Source of the DNA: a virus
IMG/VR virus record: IMGVR_UViG_3300028837_001398
Coordinates: 1-64,000 of that record
DNA length: 64,000 nt
Direction: 5' to 3' (one strand)
Part shown: piece after piece, positions 52,971 through 63,350 of the stretch
Position numbering within the stretch: position 1 is the stretch's first letter
Layout: every line of letters begins with the position of its first letter
The notes under the pieces: model-generated
Told to the model about the DNA's origin: nothing
Databases searched by the model: none
The model's input: the letters and a program-made list of their open reading frames with translations, nothing else
Program-made: the position numbers and the translations under genes

Positions 52971-53668
52971 CTGGCTGCATTCCCCGTCCTTGCCTGCGCC
53001 CTCTCCCTCGCCCACCGGCCCTTCTGCCCCTCACTCATTCTCTTCCGTTGCTCCGGGGTGAACTTGTAGGTCCGTTGCTTCTCCACTGGCCTTTCGTCGG
53101 CAGGCTCCTCTTCCCCCTTCCGAGGATGGTGCAGCCCGATTGTCGCGCACCTGTTCCAGTGCCGGCGCTGCCTCACGACTTCGTCGGCCACCCGCCCTGC
53201 GCGAATCACAGTTACCCGCTGCGCCAGGTCCTCGATCTCTGCGCTGGCATCGCCCACGATCTCGAGCAGTTCCTCCTGCCGCCGCAGCAGCGCGGGAACC
53301 GCGTACCTGGCACGCTTGAACGCCTCTTTCTTCTGCCCGAGCCGCCTGAGCAGGCTCTCCACCTGCTTGCGGGACATCTGCTCTATGTCAATTCTCTGGT
53401 CCAGTTCCGGCCACTTGTCCTCGACTGCCTCTGCCGTTGCCATGATCGCTGGTGCCTCCTTCGTGCTGTGGTCCGTCAACTCAAGCATCCCGAGCAAGTA
53501 GCGCAGTGCCATCCGCGGCATACACGGCTCCTGGGGAATCGCGCCGCAGTCAGCCGCCACGCTGACGCCGGTCAAGCCGCAGATGTGCTCGTAGCTCGTG
53601 GTCTCTTCGATGTAGGGGCAGCGCATGTCACGGGTCTCCGCTCGGATTGCTGTCTCAGTACTCGTCAT
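52967..53668 (-). CDS. hypothetical protein (C-terminal NUMOD3-like TPEQRKRMSE..K)
   Basis: Coupled ORF. Confidence 0.55.
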   Translation of the reverse strand: MTSTETAIRAETRDMRCPYIEETTSYEHICGLTGVSVAADCGAIPQEPCMPRMALRYLLGMLELTDHSTKEAPAIMATAEAVEDKWPELDQRIDIEQMSRKQVESLLRRLGQKKEAFKRARYAVPALLRRQEELLEIVGDASAEIEDLAQRVTVIRAGRVADEVVRQRRHWNRCATIGLHHPRKGEEEPADERPVEKQRTYKFTPEQRKRMSEGQKGRWARERAQARTGNAAR

Positions 53669-53946
53669 CTGGTTTCATCTCTCGTCCCGCCTGACCTAAG
53701 ACTCTCGCGATATCCTCCATGCTCGGCAGCACCGCGTTCAGGGCCCGCATCGCCTTTATCAACGGCTCAGGATCATCATAGGCGCTGACGAGTAAGGTAT
53801 CGAAGATGTCGCCGCGCCCTAGCCGGAGCCGAGAGCGTGATTGCTCCACATGGCAACGTAAGCGCCACTCCCGCCAGCACTGATGCAACTGTCCCAGCCA
53901 ATTTCTCATGGTACGCATCTATTCTCGCTCCTCTCAGGGGTCTCCC

Positions 53947-54492
53947 TCATTCCACCACCACCGCGCAGTCTTCGACGTACAGCCCTGCCCTCACCGGCTC
54001 CCCCCACCACTCTGGCGCCGGATGCCGGCGGCTCCACCGCCAGTCTACGAACAGCCCCTCCGCCACCACGAATGCACCGCCTTCCCACGCGACTATGGTC
54101 GCCGCAGTCCACTCCCCTACCCGATATCGCGGACTCTCCCCCGAGCTGAGGAACGTCTGTCTCGGGGTGAGCTCCCTGTCGAAGCACTCCAGGTGCCAGC
54201 CGTTTTCCTTGGGGACGAAGGCCAGAAAGGCCGTCGGTGTCCCGATGATGAGCCACGCGACCTCCCAGGGGTTCGGCTGCTCCCGCCGCTGAGAAGATAC
54301 CCGCCACCGCGCCGTCACCGCCTGTGGGAACCGGGGCTGCTCCTCGATCCAGTAGAAGGCCGAGCGTGTGTCCCCGTCCCACCGCAGAGGCAGACTCGCT
54401 ATCGCCTTCGGCCGCGCATCTACAAACCCGATACCCACCACGAGCGTGATTCCGAGCAGTCCGCAGGCAAGGGCGAATCCTCGTGTCATCAC
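53947..54492 (-). CDS. secreted/membrane hypothetical protein
   Basis: N-terminal hydrophobic helix; Trp-rich. Confidence 0.55.
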   Translation of the reverse strand: MMTRGFALACGLLGITLVVGIGFVDARPKAIASLPLRWDGDTRSAFYWIEEQPRFPQAVTARWRVSSQRREQPNPWEVAWLIIGTPTAFLAFVPKENGWHLECFDRELTPRQTFLSSGESPRYRVGEWTAATIVAWEGGAFVVAEGLFVDWRWSRRHPAPEWWGEPVRAGLYVEDCAVVVE

Positions 54493-56024
54493 GCCTCAAT
54501 CCCTAGTCTCTGCTGCGCCGTCGCCCGCCGGATTCGCTCCTCGCCAAGGGTCACATAATCTGGATTCAGCTCGCACCCCGCCCAGCGCCGGCCGAACTTG
54601 TGCGCGGCGAGAGCTACGGTCCCGCTACCCATGAAGGGGTCTATCACGAGGCCCGGCTCGGCACCACGGCCGCCGCAGTCGCAGGTGGGGAGGAAGCCGA
54701 GAGTGCGCGTGTGGGCTGGTCTTACCATTGTGCCAGAGCTGGCGGTTCTATTGCCTGCCCGCTCGCCCCAATCGGTCCGCTTGATAACCATGCTTTCCCG
54801 CTCCACCTCCCTCACCCACGGAGTCCCGCACTCAGCGCAGACCTTATGCGGACAGCCAGCCTGAATCATGGGGGCGACTAACCGTTCGGGGAAGGTCGCG
54901 AAGTGTGAGAGCCAGGAGTCAGACGCGCCACACCCAGCGCAGACACGCTTGCCCGTTGCCTTTGGTGGAACGCCATTGGACCCCTCTAGCTCCTTCCCCA
55001 CGAAGAATGCCTGGATTTCGAAGTCTGTCAGTGGCAGCCGCCTGAACTCCGAGGGCGAGTACACCCGCTTGCAGGCAGAACACATCTCCCACGCCATCGG
55101 CTGCGGGCTTATCGTCCACACGTTGCGGAGGTTGCGGCCGGCACCATGGAATGAATGGTCGTTTCCTTGAGTTGCTTGTGTACCTTTGCCGTCCCTATTC
55201 GCATTCGGGCCGAATGCGTGTGCCGACTTATCACCCAGCGTCGCGTGCGCCTCCCTCACCGCATCCCCGTCGTAGAAGTAGGTCGAGTTCTTCGTCAGCA
55301 GGTACACCATCTCATACGCGCTCGTCGGTCGGTCACGACACGATTCCGGCATGAGGCTGCCCGAGTAGGTGTCGCAGAAGGAGACGCCCTTGGCCCAGAC
55401 GATTGCAGAACGCAGATACCAGCCGTCCAGGTACTGCGAGGTCATGGCCCACTTTCGCAGCATGAACTCAGCCATCTCGACCATCTGCCAATCCTGCTTC
55501 TCGCGCGCCTCCTTCAGCAGGTCTGCCGCGTCCATGATGGCGCTGCCGGGTACCACCGCGAAACCCTGGAGGCCGAATGCGAGTCGCCAGGGCATTCCGC
55601 ACAGGTCCTTGGGCTTGAGGCTCTCGACCGCGCCATGTCGCCCCCTGCCATTTCGATTCTGCCGCTGATAGCCGTCGGTGCCGATGGTGTCGCCCGCACC
55701 GCCAAAGCGATGGTGTGACTGCGATATGCCGGGGTTCACTTCGTTACTGTGCGGCCCCCCGCTCCCCGCATACGAGTCCCCGATATTCAGCCAGAGCGTG
55801 CCGTCCTCCCGCAACACGCGCCGCAGATCACGGAACACCTCGACCATGTGCTCGATGTACAACTCCGGCGTGGGTTCGAGGCCGAGCTGACCATCCATGC
55901 CATAATCCCTGAGCGACCAGTACGGCGGCGAGGTTATCGCACAGTGAACGGACTCGTCGGGCAGACCCGCAAGCCACTCTCGCACGTCGCCCTGGTAGAT
56001 TCGGTCAACCGCCAACTGTGCCAC
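54489..56024 (-). CDS. N4/N6 DNA methyltransferase (beta class) with Zn-ribbon insertions
   Basis: ITSPPYW, LWLNIGDSY, W.K...MPES..DRPT, HFATFP, DPFMGSGT. Confidence 0.93.
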   Translation of the reverse strand: MAQLAVDRIYQGDVREWLAGLPDESVHCAITSPPYWSLRDYGMDGQLGLEPTPELYIEHMVEVFRDLRRVLREDGTLWLNIGDSYAGSGGPHSNEVNPGISQSHHRFGGAGDTIGTDGYQRQNRNGRGRHGAVESLKPKDLCGMPWRLAFGLQGFAVVPGSAIMDAADLLKEAREKQDWQMVEMAEFMLRKWAMTSQYLDGWYLRSAIVWAKGVSFCDTYSGSLMPESCRDRPTSAYEMVYLLTKNSTYFYDGDAVREAHATLGDKSAHAFGPNANRDGKGTQATQGNDHSFHGAGRNLRNVWTISPQPMAWEMCSACKRVYSPSEFRRLPLTDFEIQAFFVGKELEGSNGVPPKATGKRVCAGCGASDSWLSHFATFPERLVAPMIQAGCPHKVCAECGTPWVREVERESMVIKRTDWGERAGNRTASSGTMVRPAHTRTLGFLPTCDCGGRGAEPGLVIDPFMGSGTVALAAHKFGRRWAGCELNPDYVTLGEERIRRATAQQRLGIEA

Positions 56025-58027
56025 TACTGCCCCTCCCCTTCCTCGCCCAAGCCCGGAGTTCCTGAGCGGCCAGCGCCCTCCTCCTTCACCACACCCACCG
56101 CATCATCTTCCCCTTTCGCCTCCTTCACCGCCGCGTCATGTACCCGCAGGGCCTGACAGCAGGTACAACTACAGTATTGACCGTGGAGCTTCCCTCTTGC
56201 CCCCGGTCCCCCCCAAGCACCCGCGCTCAGATACCGCTGTGAGAGGCGCAAGGGAAGGGCTAGACCCTCAGCATCCCGCCGCCACTTGTCCCGCTCCGCC
56301 TCCGCAGCCCCCTTTGCGGCGCACTGGTAGCGCCAGCACCTGTCAGGCGGCCAGTCCTCACACCGTGCCCCATTCTGCAGAGCGCAGAGTATTGGCCGTG
56401 TCCCGTACTCGCCCTTTATTTGCGTACCATACCGACACTTACTCATCGCTCTCATCCTCCGGCCGTGCGGCATCGCGTGGCTTCAGTACCACGACGACCA
56501 CCTGAGAACCCTCGCTGTCGTATCCGAGGGTCCCCCTGATAACATCCACGAGCAGGTCGCCAAGTGGCTCTGGTTGGCCTGCGCGGTCGGGCGACCGTCG
56601 CTTATTCCAACGACCACCCTCGCCATAGAATTCCGTGCCGGCTCGCCGGTTGCCCCACCCAAGGACGCCCCAGAACACGGACTCGCCCCCCTCGATCTTA
56701 CCATGCAGGGCGGCCATGATCTCTCTAGTCCGGCGGTTCGGCTCATGCAGCGGGTAGCCCGAGTCCTTTACTTCCTCACGATAGTCACGACTTGGCATCG
56801 CTCTCTCCCTTGGGCAGCCCCGCCAGGGCGTCGGCGCAGCTTCGATTAATTCTCAGAACCCTATCTATGGCTACCTTGGCTATGTCTTCCGCACTGAATA
56901 CCCTCTCCATTGCGCTTGTGACGCTGTAGGTCAACATCACCGCCTCCACCAACGCGGGGACCGGGCAGGAGGCGCAGTGAATTGGCGCAACCCACATACC
57001 TGGGCCCACCCCACAGTATCGAAGTTCATGCTTTGTCGGTTCGCTCCCGAACACACACGGCCGCCACTCTGTCTTCTCAGCCATGTTTCTCCTCTCCCTT
57101 CGGCAGCATCGCGAAGGCTGCCTTGAGTAACGCTCGCACAGGATCGCCAATGCCATCACCGTCCAGCCCGCGCCACTCATCTGCCGCCTTCACCGCCTCG
57201 ACGAACGCGGCCACCGTCTCCTGCGGCAATATGAAGTCCTCGCCGTGGACACGGCAGCCCCTTGCGGGATGATCCCGCCCCGCGCCCTTGACATAGCCTT
57301 CCACCAGTTTCTTCCGGCACCAACATGTCTTAATCATCCTCAACCTCCCTCGGCAGGACTGACATACCGATTGCCAGCCCAATCCCGTCCAGAGCGCCAT
57401 CCCGGATTCGGTGAACCATCCGGCATTCGGAAACGCACCTCAGCAAAGCGGTGCCAGTCGTGCCAATGGAACGCAATGTCCCAGCTATCAGGGTTCCCTG
57501 CCCACTCACAGAGGACAGTCCAGAGCCGCGGCAGGTCCTCGGCGTTGCAGTCGATCTGAATCAGCATCTCGTGTTCGCACGAACAGGTGGTATTGAACCC
57601 CTCGTTACGGAGATACCTTACCGCCTCACGCACCCACGGCTCTATGTTGTCATACCAGTCAGCCATCCTCAGCCTCCTTCACTTGGTCGCACGCGCATAC
57701 ATCCGCAACGCCCGCCGAATCGCCGCCTCAAGCTCTCGCCTCGTCATGGGTAGGGTCCCGTGATTGCACACACAATCGATCCATTGCAGGGCCTGCTCGG
57801 CAACAGCCTCCAGTTCCTCCGCAGCCTCTTTGAGCGTCGGCTTCCTACGTGCCATCGTCAGCCTCCTCGCGCCTCCGCCTACGCGCACCCGCTACCTGGA
57901 CTAAGCACCAGATACAACATCCACAGCAGAACAATACAAGGCCGATGAAAAATACCTTGGCGACTTCCTCCTCTACGCTCTGCACGCCCCACAACCAAGA
58001 GAACGTCTCACCCAAAGTCACTATCAC
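56024..58027 (-). CDS. run of about 7 small coupled hypothetical genes (56024-56473, 56439-56798, 56785-57084, 57077-57337, 57340-57666, 57679-57855, 57845-58027)
   Basis: Overlapping start/stop codons and GGAGG SDs, typical of phage middle genes. Confidence 0.55.
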
Positions 58028-58096
58028 CCTCCACCCTTGAGCGGGATTGGCCTGTCTTCTAGGCTTTCTTCTTCATCCGGTGTCACCGGCATCGTT

Positions 58097-58933
58097 TCAT
58101 CCCATCCACGGCAGCGACGCCCGCCGTTCGCCCAGCCACGGCAGCACCGGGCAACCCTTGCGTAGCTCGCCACTACCGTCTTCGTCCGTGGCCATCTGCT
58201 TGACCATGACCGGCACGCCCGCAACGTCGCATTGCTGCACGAGCTCCCGAATCCAGGCGTGAGGCGTCGGCCGGCGCTGGGAACCGGACTCGCAGCCGAT
58301 GATGACGGCATCTATGGCAGGCGGTCCAGACCACAAGTAATCGGCGTATAATCCTTCGCCCTGCCGTAGGTCTACCGCCTCCAGCATCGGCTCTACGCTC
58401 AGGAACCTATGCGCGGCAGGCGTGTCGAGCACAATCGGTGCCTTCTCGTCGGCCTCTGCTTGATTCGAGACGGAGACGCCGAGCCAAAGATTGCCCCAGG
58501 CATTCGCGTTGCCCGTTGCATCCAGGCCTCCGTAGTGCTGAAAGAACTCGCGCTGCCTTTCTGGTCGCTTTGTCAGCAGTAGATAGGTGTGTTGTGGGGT
58601 TCTTCGCACTGTCGTGAGAACATCTGCGATGAAGTCTGTCGGGACCCCTTCGTGGAACAGATCCCCCATGCTCGGCACGAAGACAACCCGTGGCTTCCGC
58701 CAGTGTAGGGGCTGGTCGAGCCGGTCCTCGTGGCAGATCACGCGGGAGAAGGGGACGGGTAGTGTGGTGTAGCAGTCCGGTGTGCCCACGTGTTCCGTCC
58801 CCCCATGCGACTGCGGGAACCGCCGCGCCATGTCCGCGGCATAGCAGTGCAGGCACCCAGGACTGCACGGGGTACAGCCCGAGACGGGGTTCCAGGTTGA
58901 TTCCGTCCACTCGATTGTGGTCTTACTCGCCAT
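58097..58933 (-). CDS. DUF5131 (phage gp37/gp68) radical-SAM-like protein
   Basis: IEWT..TWNPV.GC...SPGC.HCYA, SMGDLFH, LLTKRP, LSVEPML, GCESG. Confidence 0.92.
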   Translation of the reverse strand: MASKTTIEWTESTWNPVSGCTPCSPGCLHCYAADMARRFPQSHGGTEHVGTPDCYTTLPVPFSRVICHEDRLDQPLHWRKPRVVFVPSMGDLFHEGVPTDFIADVLTTVRRTPQHTYLLLTKRPERQREFFQHYGGLDATGNANAWGNLWLGVSVSNQAEADEKAPIVLDTPAAHRFLSVEPMLEAVDLRQGEGLYADYLWSGPPAIDAVIIGCESGSQRRPTPHAWIRELVQQCDVAGVPVMVKQMATDEDGSGELRKGCPVLPWLGERRASLPWMG

Positions 58934-59156
58934 CGCTCACCTCGCTCAAGTCTAACCTACCGTCGCTCGCCATCTCACTCAGGGAATCCCCGACCCGGCC
59001 CGCGGCAACGCAGAGCTGGCGGTTTGCCCCATATGACGAGACCCGGTATCTCCCATCCTCGATCTCCAGCACTATAACGGCCTTCGAGCCGAACCGTTTG
59101 CACAGTTCGCGGGCCGCCATGATATGCGGATCGCGCCGCCAGTTCGGGTCAGCCAT
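58923..59156 (-). CDS. hypothetical protein
   Basis: Coupled ORF. Confidence 0.55.
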   Translation of the reverse strand: MADPNWRRDPHIMAARELCKRFGSKAVIVLEIEDGRYRVSSYGANRQLCVAAGRVGDSLSEMASDGRLDLSEVSDGE

Positions 59157-59179
59157 GTCGCCTCACGCCCTCACCCTCC

Positions 59180-60028
59180 TCACGAGCTCACACCATGCGC
59201 GCGCATGGCCGGCAGCCGCTTCGTCGCTAGCATCGCGGCCGGCCGCGTCCACTTTCTCTGCAATGCCCGCCAATCCGGGCTATAGTCTATGTGCCTGTCC
59301 GCAGGCTGGTAGAGCATCGCGAATGGCAACGCGCCAGTGTCCAGTACCATCTGCAAGCGCGCTCCAGCAGCCTCGACACTATCGCGTCCGAATCCGCAGA
59401 GCACGAAGCACCTCACCTGCCGCAGGCCCAAGCCTGCCGCCCGCAGTCGCACGATCGCCGACTCAGTGTCCGCCCACTGGGTCTCTGCATCATAGGCAAC
59501 GAACAAATCCTCAATGGGCAGAGACCGAAGCTCCTCAATGCGAGTATCCGTCAGGCGTTCCGCCTCAATCCCTCCCGCGAACTTCACCCGCCTGCCCTGC
59601 GCCACGAGCATCGCGAAGACGGCCTCGATATGCCTATCAGAACATGCCAGCAGGTTGTTGTCCTGCACATCGTAACCGTCACGAATCGGCAGCTCTCGAA
59701 TGCCGCCCTCTCGCCGCCACGCCAGACACCACGGGCAGCGGTTCGGGCAGCCGCGGGAAGTGATTGTGTAGCCTGGTCGGAGGTAGCGGCCGGGTTCGAA
59801 CTCCTCGCCAATGTCGTCAAAAGCAGGCCCGCCTATGCGTACCTTCCCAGGATAGTACGCACCCCATGCCCGCTCCAGCCGTTTCGCCTCCGGTATGTCC
59901 CAAGTGAAGGTGACGCTTACATGCACTTCATCCGCCTCAGGCCGGAAGAGAGAAGGGTCTCCGACGAAGGCTAGCGCGTCTATTGGGGTTGCCTTCGTTC
60001 GGCGCGGGAATACCCGGAGAATCCTCAT
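59180..60028 (-). CDS. radical SAM protein with a remnant B12-binding-like N-terminus
   Basis: SVTFTW, IGGPA, TSRGCPNRCPWC, DNNLLA. Confidence 0.85.
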   Translation of the reverse strand: MRILRVFPRRTKATPIDALAFVGDPSLFRPEADEVHVSVTFTWDIPEAKRLERAWGAYYPGKVRIGGPAFDDIGEEFEPGRYLRPGYTITSRGCPNRCPWCLAWRREGGIRELPIRDGYDVQDNNLLACSDRHIEAVFAMLVAQGRRVKFAGGIEAERLTDTRIEELRSLPIEDLFVAYDAETQWADTESAIVRLRAAGLGLRQVRCFVLCGFGRDSVEAAGARLQMVLDTGALPFAMLYQPADRHIDYSPDWRALQRKWTRPAAMLATKRLPAMRAHGVSS

Positions 60029-60408
60029 GCCCTCGCCCTCATCTCCCGCTGCATCTCCTCCCACCGCGGAACCGCCGCGAGGAAGATCGCGCAGGCATCT
60101 CTCACATGCTCACCCTTCTCCCCGTCGAGCTCCCGCAGTTCCTCCCGGCTCAGAATCTCCGCGAAGCTGGATCGCAGCACCGCCCACGCTAACGCCGGTG
60201 CTTGCCCGTGCTGGCCGGGTACCTGGATCGTCACCTCCGGCGGGTGAGGACAGCTACCCGCCACCATACAAATCCCCCCCCCCATCCAGGACTGCGAGAC
60301 GCCGACATGGCGCCGCCCTATCACGCTGATCGGCATAGCCACGCGCGTCGCGCCCATCACCGCCTTACAGACTTGCGCTCGGGCCTCGTCTCGTGTCATC
60401 TCACTCAT
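60025..60408 (-). CDS. hypothetical protein
   Basis: Coupled ORF. Confidence 0.55.
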   Translation of the reverse strand: MSEMTRDEARAQVCKAVMGATRVAMPISVIGRRHVGVSQSWMGGGICMVAGSCPHPPEVTIQVPGQHGQAPALAWAVLRSSFAEILSREELRELDGEKGEHVRDACAIFLAAVPRWEEMQREMRARA

Positions 60409-60411
60409 CGC

Positions 60412-60711
60412 TCACCTCTCCGCCGCCCGCGCAGAGTCCCACATCAACTCCGTCTCATCTGCTAGGCACCCAAACTCATCCAACCACTCTTCAGCAACTA
60501 TCGCCTCGGCTTCCGCGGCATCTGTCGCCGATACCTCGAAGACCTTGTAGCCGCTCACCGGCACCCTGACCACAAAGACGCGTTCCTTGGCCTGTTCCTC
60601 TTCGTAGAGTTCACACTCCTTCTCATATCTCCGCAGCGCCAGGAACTGCTTCCGACTGTTGCCGTCTAGCCTGCCGCGCAGAATCTCTGGAATCGGTGGC
60701 CGACCGCTCAT
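60412..60711 (-). CDS. hypothetical protein
   Basis: FEVSATDAAEAEAIV, a recurrent phage motif. Confidence 0.55.
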   Translation of the reverse strand: MSGRPPIPEILRGRLDGNSRKQFLALRRYEKECELYEEEQAKERVFVVRVPVSGYKVFEVSATDAAEAEAIVAEEWLDEFGCLADETELMWDSARAAER

Positions 60712-61325
60712 GTCGCCCCCCTGATTTTCTCCGCCGCATATCGCCAAAGCACAATGTCTACGACGGGTACTGGGTCACCGGTCAGGTTGCTTATACGTTC
60801 ACAGAACTCTTGCACATCCAAGTATCCGTGTTCAAATGCCATGCCTACTAGATGTCGATCTGGCTTCGCGATGGGGGCGCCGAGGTTCTTAGCGAGATGA
60901 AACATCGTTACTTCCCCAATCATGGGAAAGGATAGCAGGCGCCGCGGCATTTTATCTCTGAGCGATATCTTCAGTTGCGCCCAGCCAAGCATGTCAACCA
61001 TCGCCGCGCCAGCGATGATAGCATCCACCTTTCGGCGATTCCCGAAGACCTCAAGTGCTTTCTGCCGACACTCGGCCGCGTGTTCTGTGATCTGTCGCGC
61101 CGAGTCCCACCCACAGAATGCCGCAGAGATAGCGGGGAACTTCCCCCGAATCACCTTCTCCCGGAAGCCAGAACAGAGTATCACCCATGCAAGTTCCCGA
61201 AGGAAGTCGCTCTCGGTAATCGCCGCAAAATCCCGCGTCGCCTGCCATTGGGCCTCCCAGCCGTAACCGGCCGCGACGACGCGTTGCTTCGCCTCCAAGT
61301 AGAATGCCCGTAGATCAGCACTCAC
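60708..61325 (-). CDS. helix-hairpin-helix DNA glycosylase-like protein
   Basis: WVILCSGF, FGNRRKV.AI, L.FPMIGEVT..HLAKNLG, KPDRHL. Confidence 0.7.
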   Translation of the reverse strand: MSADLRAFYLEAKQRVVAAGYGWEAQWQATRDFAAITESDFLRELAWVILCSGFREKVIRGKFPAISAAFCGWDSARQITEHAAECRQKALEVFGNRRKVDAIIAGAAMVDMLGWAQLKISLRDKMPRRLLSFPMIGEVTMFHLAKNLGAPIAKPDRHLVGMAFEHGYLDVQEFCERISNLTGDPVPVVDIVLWRYAAEKIRGAT

Positions 61326-61552
61326 TTCGCCCCCCGAATCCTCGCCACCGCACGGCAGAGGGCGCGCCACAGCCGCCCCCACCAGGACGGTCGTTTATAG
61401 AACTCATCGCTTATGACGCATACCCTTGGACCCTTCCCCAGCACCCACTCGGTGTGAGAAACCCACCAGCCGGTTCGCGCCATGCGTTCTGCCAGCGCGT
61501 CGAGTCTTTTCTCGGTGTTAATCTCAAGCTCACGCCAGCTCAGCCATGTCAT
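61322..61552 (-). CDS. hypothetical protein
   Basis: Coupled ORF. Confidence 0.5.
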   Translation of the reverse strand: MTWLSWRELEINTEKRLDALAERMARTGWWVSHTEWVLGKGPRVCVISDEFYKRPSWWGRLWRALCRAVARIRGAK

Positions 61553-61956
61553 GTCGCTGCCTCCAGTACTGCTTTGATAACGTCACCGTGGCAGGGCTTC
61601 GGGGCGCACCAGCACACGAGAGTTAGCTTGCCGTGCTTCTCGTGAAGGGCACGGAGGCGGGCGAGTTCTATCCTCATTCCGGGGATAGCGCCGTCCGTCT
61701 TATAGCCAGAGACCGCCAGTTCCAGATCACCCCTATATGCAGCCAGCACCTCATCTCGGGATGCCTTCTCGACCTCTCGGAGATACCGCGCACCGTTCCT
61801 GAGTTCTGGTACGAAACAGTGCCGGCCAACGCGGTGCGGATTCGCCAACCGACTCGCCTTCAGTCCCTTGCGTGGAGCCGCCCGCCCCACGTAGACATAC
61901 CACTCCGGCCACTCGCTCGGAGGTCCAAGGTCGCGGGCGTTGGCTATTTCGATCAC
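61549..61956 (-). CDS. DUF4326-family protein
   Basis: VYVGR...LANP...LVCWCAPKPCHGDVI. Confidence 0.88.
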   Translation of the reverse strand: MIEIANARDLGPPSEWPEWYVYVGRAAPRKGLKASRLANPHRVGRHCFVPELRNGARYLREVEKASRDEVLAAYRGDLELAVSGYKTDGAIPGMRIELARLRALHEKHGKLTLVCWCAPKPCHGDVIKAVLEAAT

Positions 61957-62315
61957 TGCTGCGCCTCCAGTTCCTTGAACTTGGCGAGGGCGGCATCCAG
62001 CATCTCGCTAGCCTGTTGTGATACCATCCACGGACCGCCATCCTCGAACAGACATATATCGTCCTTGATTTCCTTGAGCGCATCCCCCAACGCCCTGACA
62101 TCCTTCCAGTCCACCACTCGCTCCGGCGGGTTCTCGGGATTGAGGTGGAGGGCGACGAGGGCGGCGCGGGCTAGCTCTTTCCATCTTCGCTGGGACTGAT
62201 CTCCAGTCTGATCCCACGCGCTATGCGATTCAGTGACTGTCTGTACATTGCCGGGTTGGGCTTGGGAATTGACTACAAACATCGCCTCCGCCAGCGCATC
62301 TACCCTGTCACTCAC
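61953..62315 (-). CDS. hypothetical protein (paralogue of 62308-62709)
   Basis: Shared ARAAL, VDW.DV and AL..FKELEAQ blocks. Confidence 0.65.
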   Translation of the reverse strand: MSDRVDALAEAMFVVNSQAQPGNVQTVTESHSAWDQTGDQSQRRWKELARAALVALHLNPENPPERVVDWKDVRALGDALKEIKDDICLFEDGGPWMVSQQASEMLDAALAKFKELEAQQ

Positions 62316-62709
62316 GCTGCGCCTCCAGTTCCTTGAACCGAGCGAGGGCGGCTATACCCTTTCCAACTGGGCAATCTGTTTTGTGCTTGATGTCATGCCC
62401 CTCGCCATTGGCGCTTTGCTGTTCACACCACGGGCAATGCCAATTCCGATTCGAGGCGCTTGAGCAAAGCCAGTCCTTGGGATCGCATAATGCCTTCACC
62501 GCCCCCACCAGCGGCTTCACATCCTCCCAGTCCACGGCGTGTGTGGGCGGGTCCTTGAGGCCGAGGGCGTCGAGGGCGGCGCGGGCCTGCTCATAAGCCA
62601 AGGACTTTACATCATGTGGTGCGATAGCCCACTCTTCCTCGGATGGCCTATATTCCCCGTAGGGTGCATCGGCAATCGCCTTCGCCAGCCGATCCAGGTT
62701 GTCACTCAT
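62308..62709 (-). CDS. hypothetical protein with CPWC...H..DC Zn site
   Basis: Paralogue of 61953-62315. Confidence 0.65.
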   Translation of the reverse strand: MSDNLDRLAKAIADAPYGEYRPSEEEWAIAPHDVKSLAYEQARAALDALGLKDPPTHAVDWEDVKPLVGAVKALCDPKDWLCSSASNRNWHCPWCEQQSANGEGHDIKHKTDCPVGKGIAALARFKELEAQRE

Positions 62710-63349
62710 CGTCAGCCTCCCCCGGCAGGTCGCGGGGCTCGCCGAAGAGTCGCCCGCATGTCTGGCATTCCGCGGTATGATCTACGGCTTGCGAGTCATG
62801 GCAGAGAGGACAGAACAACAGACCGTTTGGTGCATCTGGTGGCCGGATGAGATATGGCCGCACCTTCTCCGGCTCCAGCTTGTCGGGGAGGCCGCGGATG
62901 GCGTAGGTGCCCTCTGGACCTTCTCCATCGAGGAGGCCAACCACCATCTTCCCTATCACGCCGCAATCCCGAATACGCATTTCCCCAAATGTGTCCACCT
63001 CCACCACCCGCTCCCCCTCACGCTCGGTGCGACGCTGATCCGCGAGGCGGCCCATATCGCCGATGTGTTCTCGTAACTGCTTGAGTTCCTCACGCATCTG
63101 CGCGAGTTCGGCGCGGGCGGCGACGAGAGTTTCACACGTAGCGAGTAGGCCCAGGGCATCATCCAACGCCCCCTTGAACTTCTCGCTGTCGGAGAGCGCT
63201 ATCACCGTGATAGGACCCTCCATGTCGTAGACGCCGAGGGCACGTAAAATCTGGAATGCCTGGTTCGTGGTCCCGTCCGCTAGCTTGCCGTCAATGAGCC
63301 AACCGCGTTCGGTCTGCCCGGTCCTGCGCTCGATCTTCACGCTCTTCAT
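62702..63349 (-). CDS. hypothetical protein with C-terminal Zn ribbon
   Basis: CPLC...CQTCG. Confidence 0.55.
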   Translation of the reverse strand: MKSVKIERRTGQTERGWLIDGKLADGTTNQAFQILRALGVYDMEGPITVIALSDSEKFKGALDDALGLLATCETLVAARAELAQMREELKQLREHIGDMGRLADQRRTEREGERVVEVDTFGEMRIRDCGVIGKMVVGLLDGEGPEGTYAIRGLPDKLEPEKVRPYLIRPPDAPNGLLFCPLCHDSQAVDHTAECQTCGRLFGEPRDLPGEADDE

Positions 63350-63350
63350 C

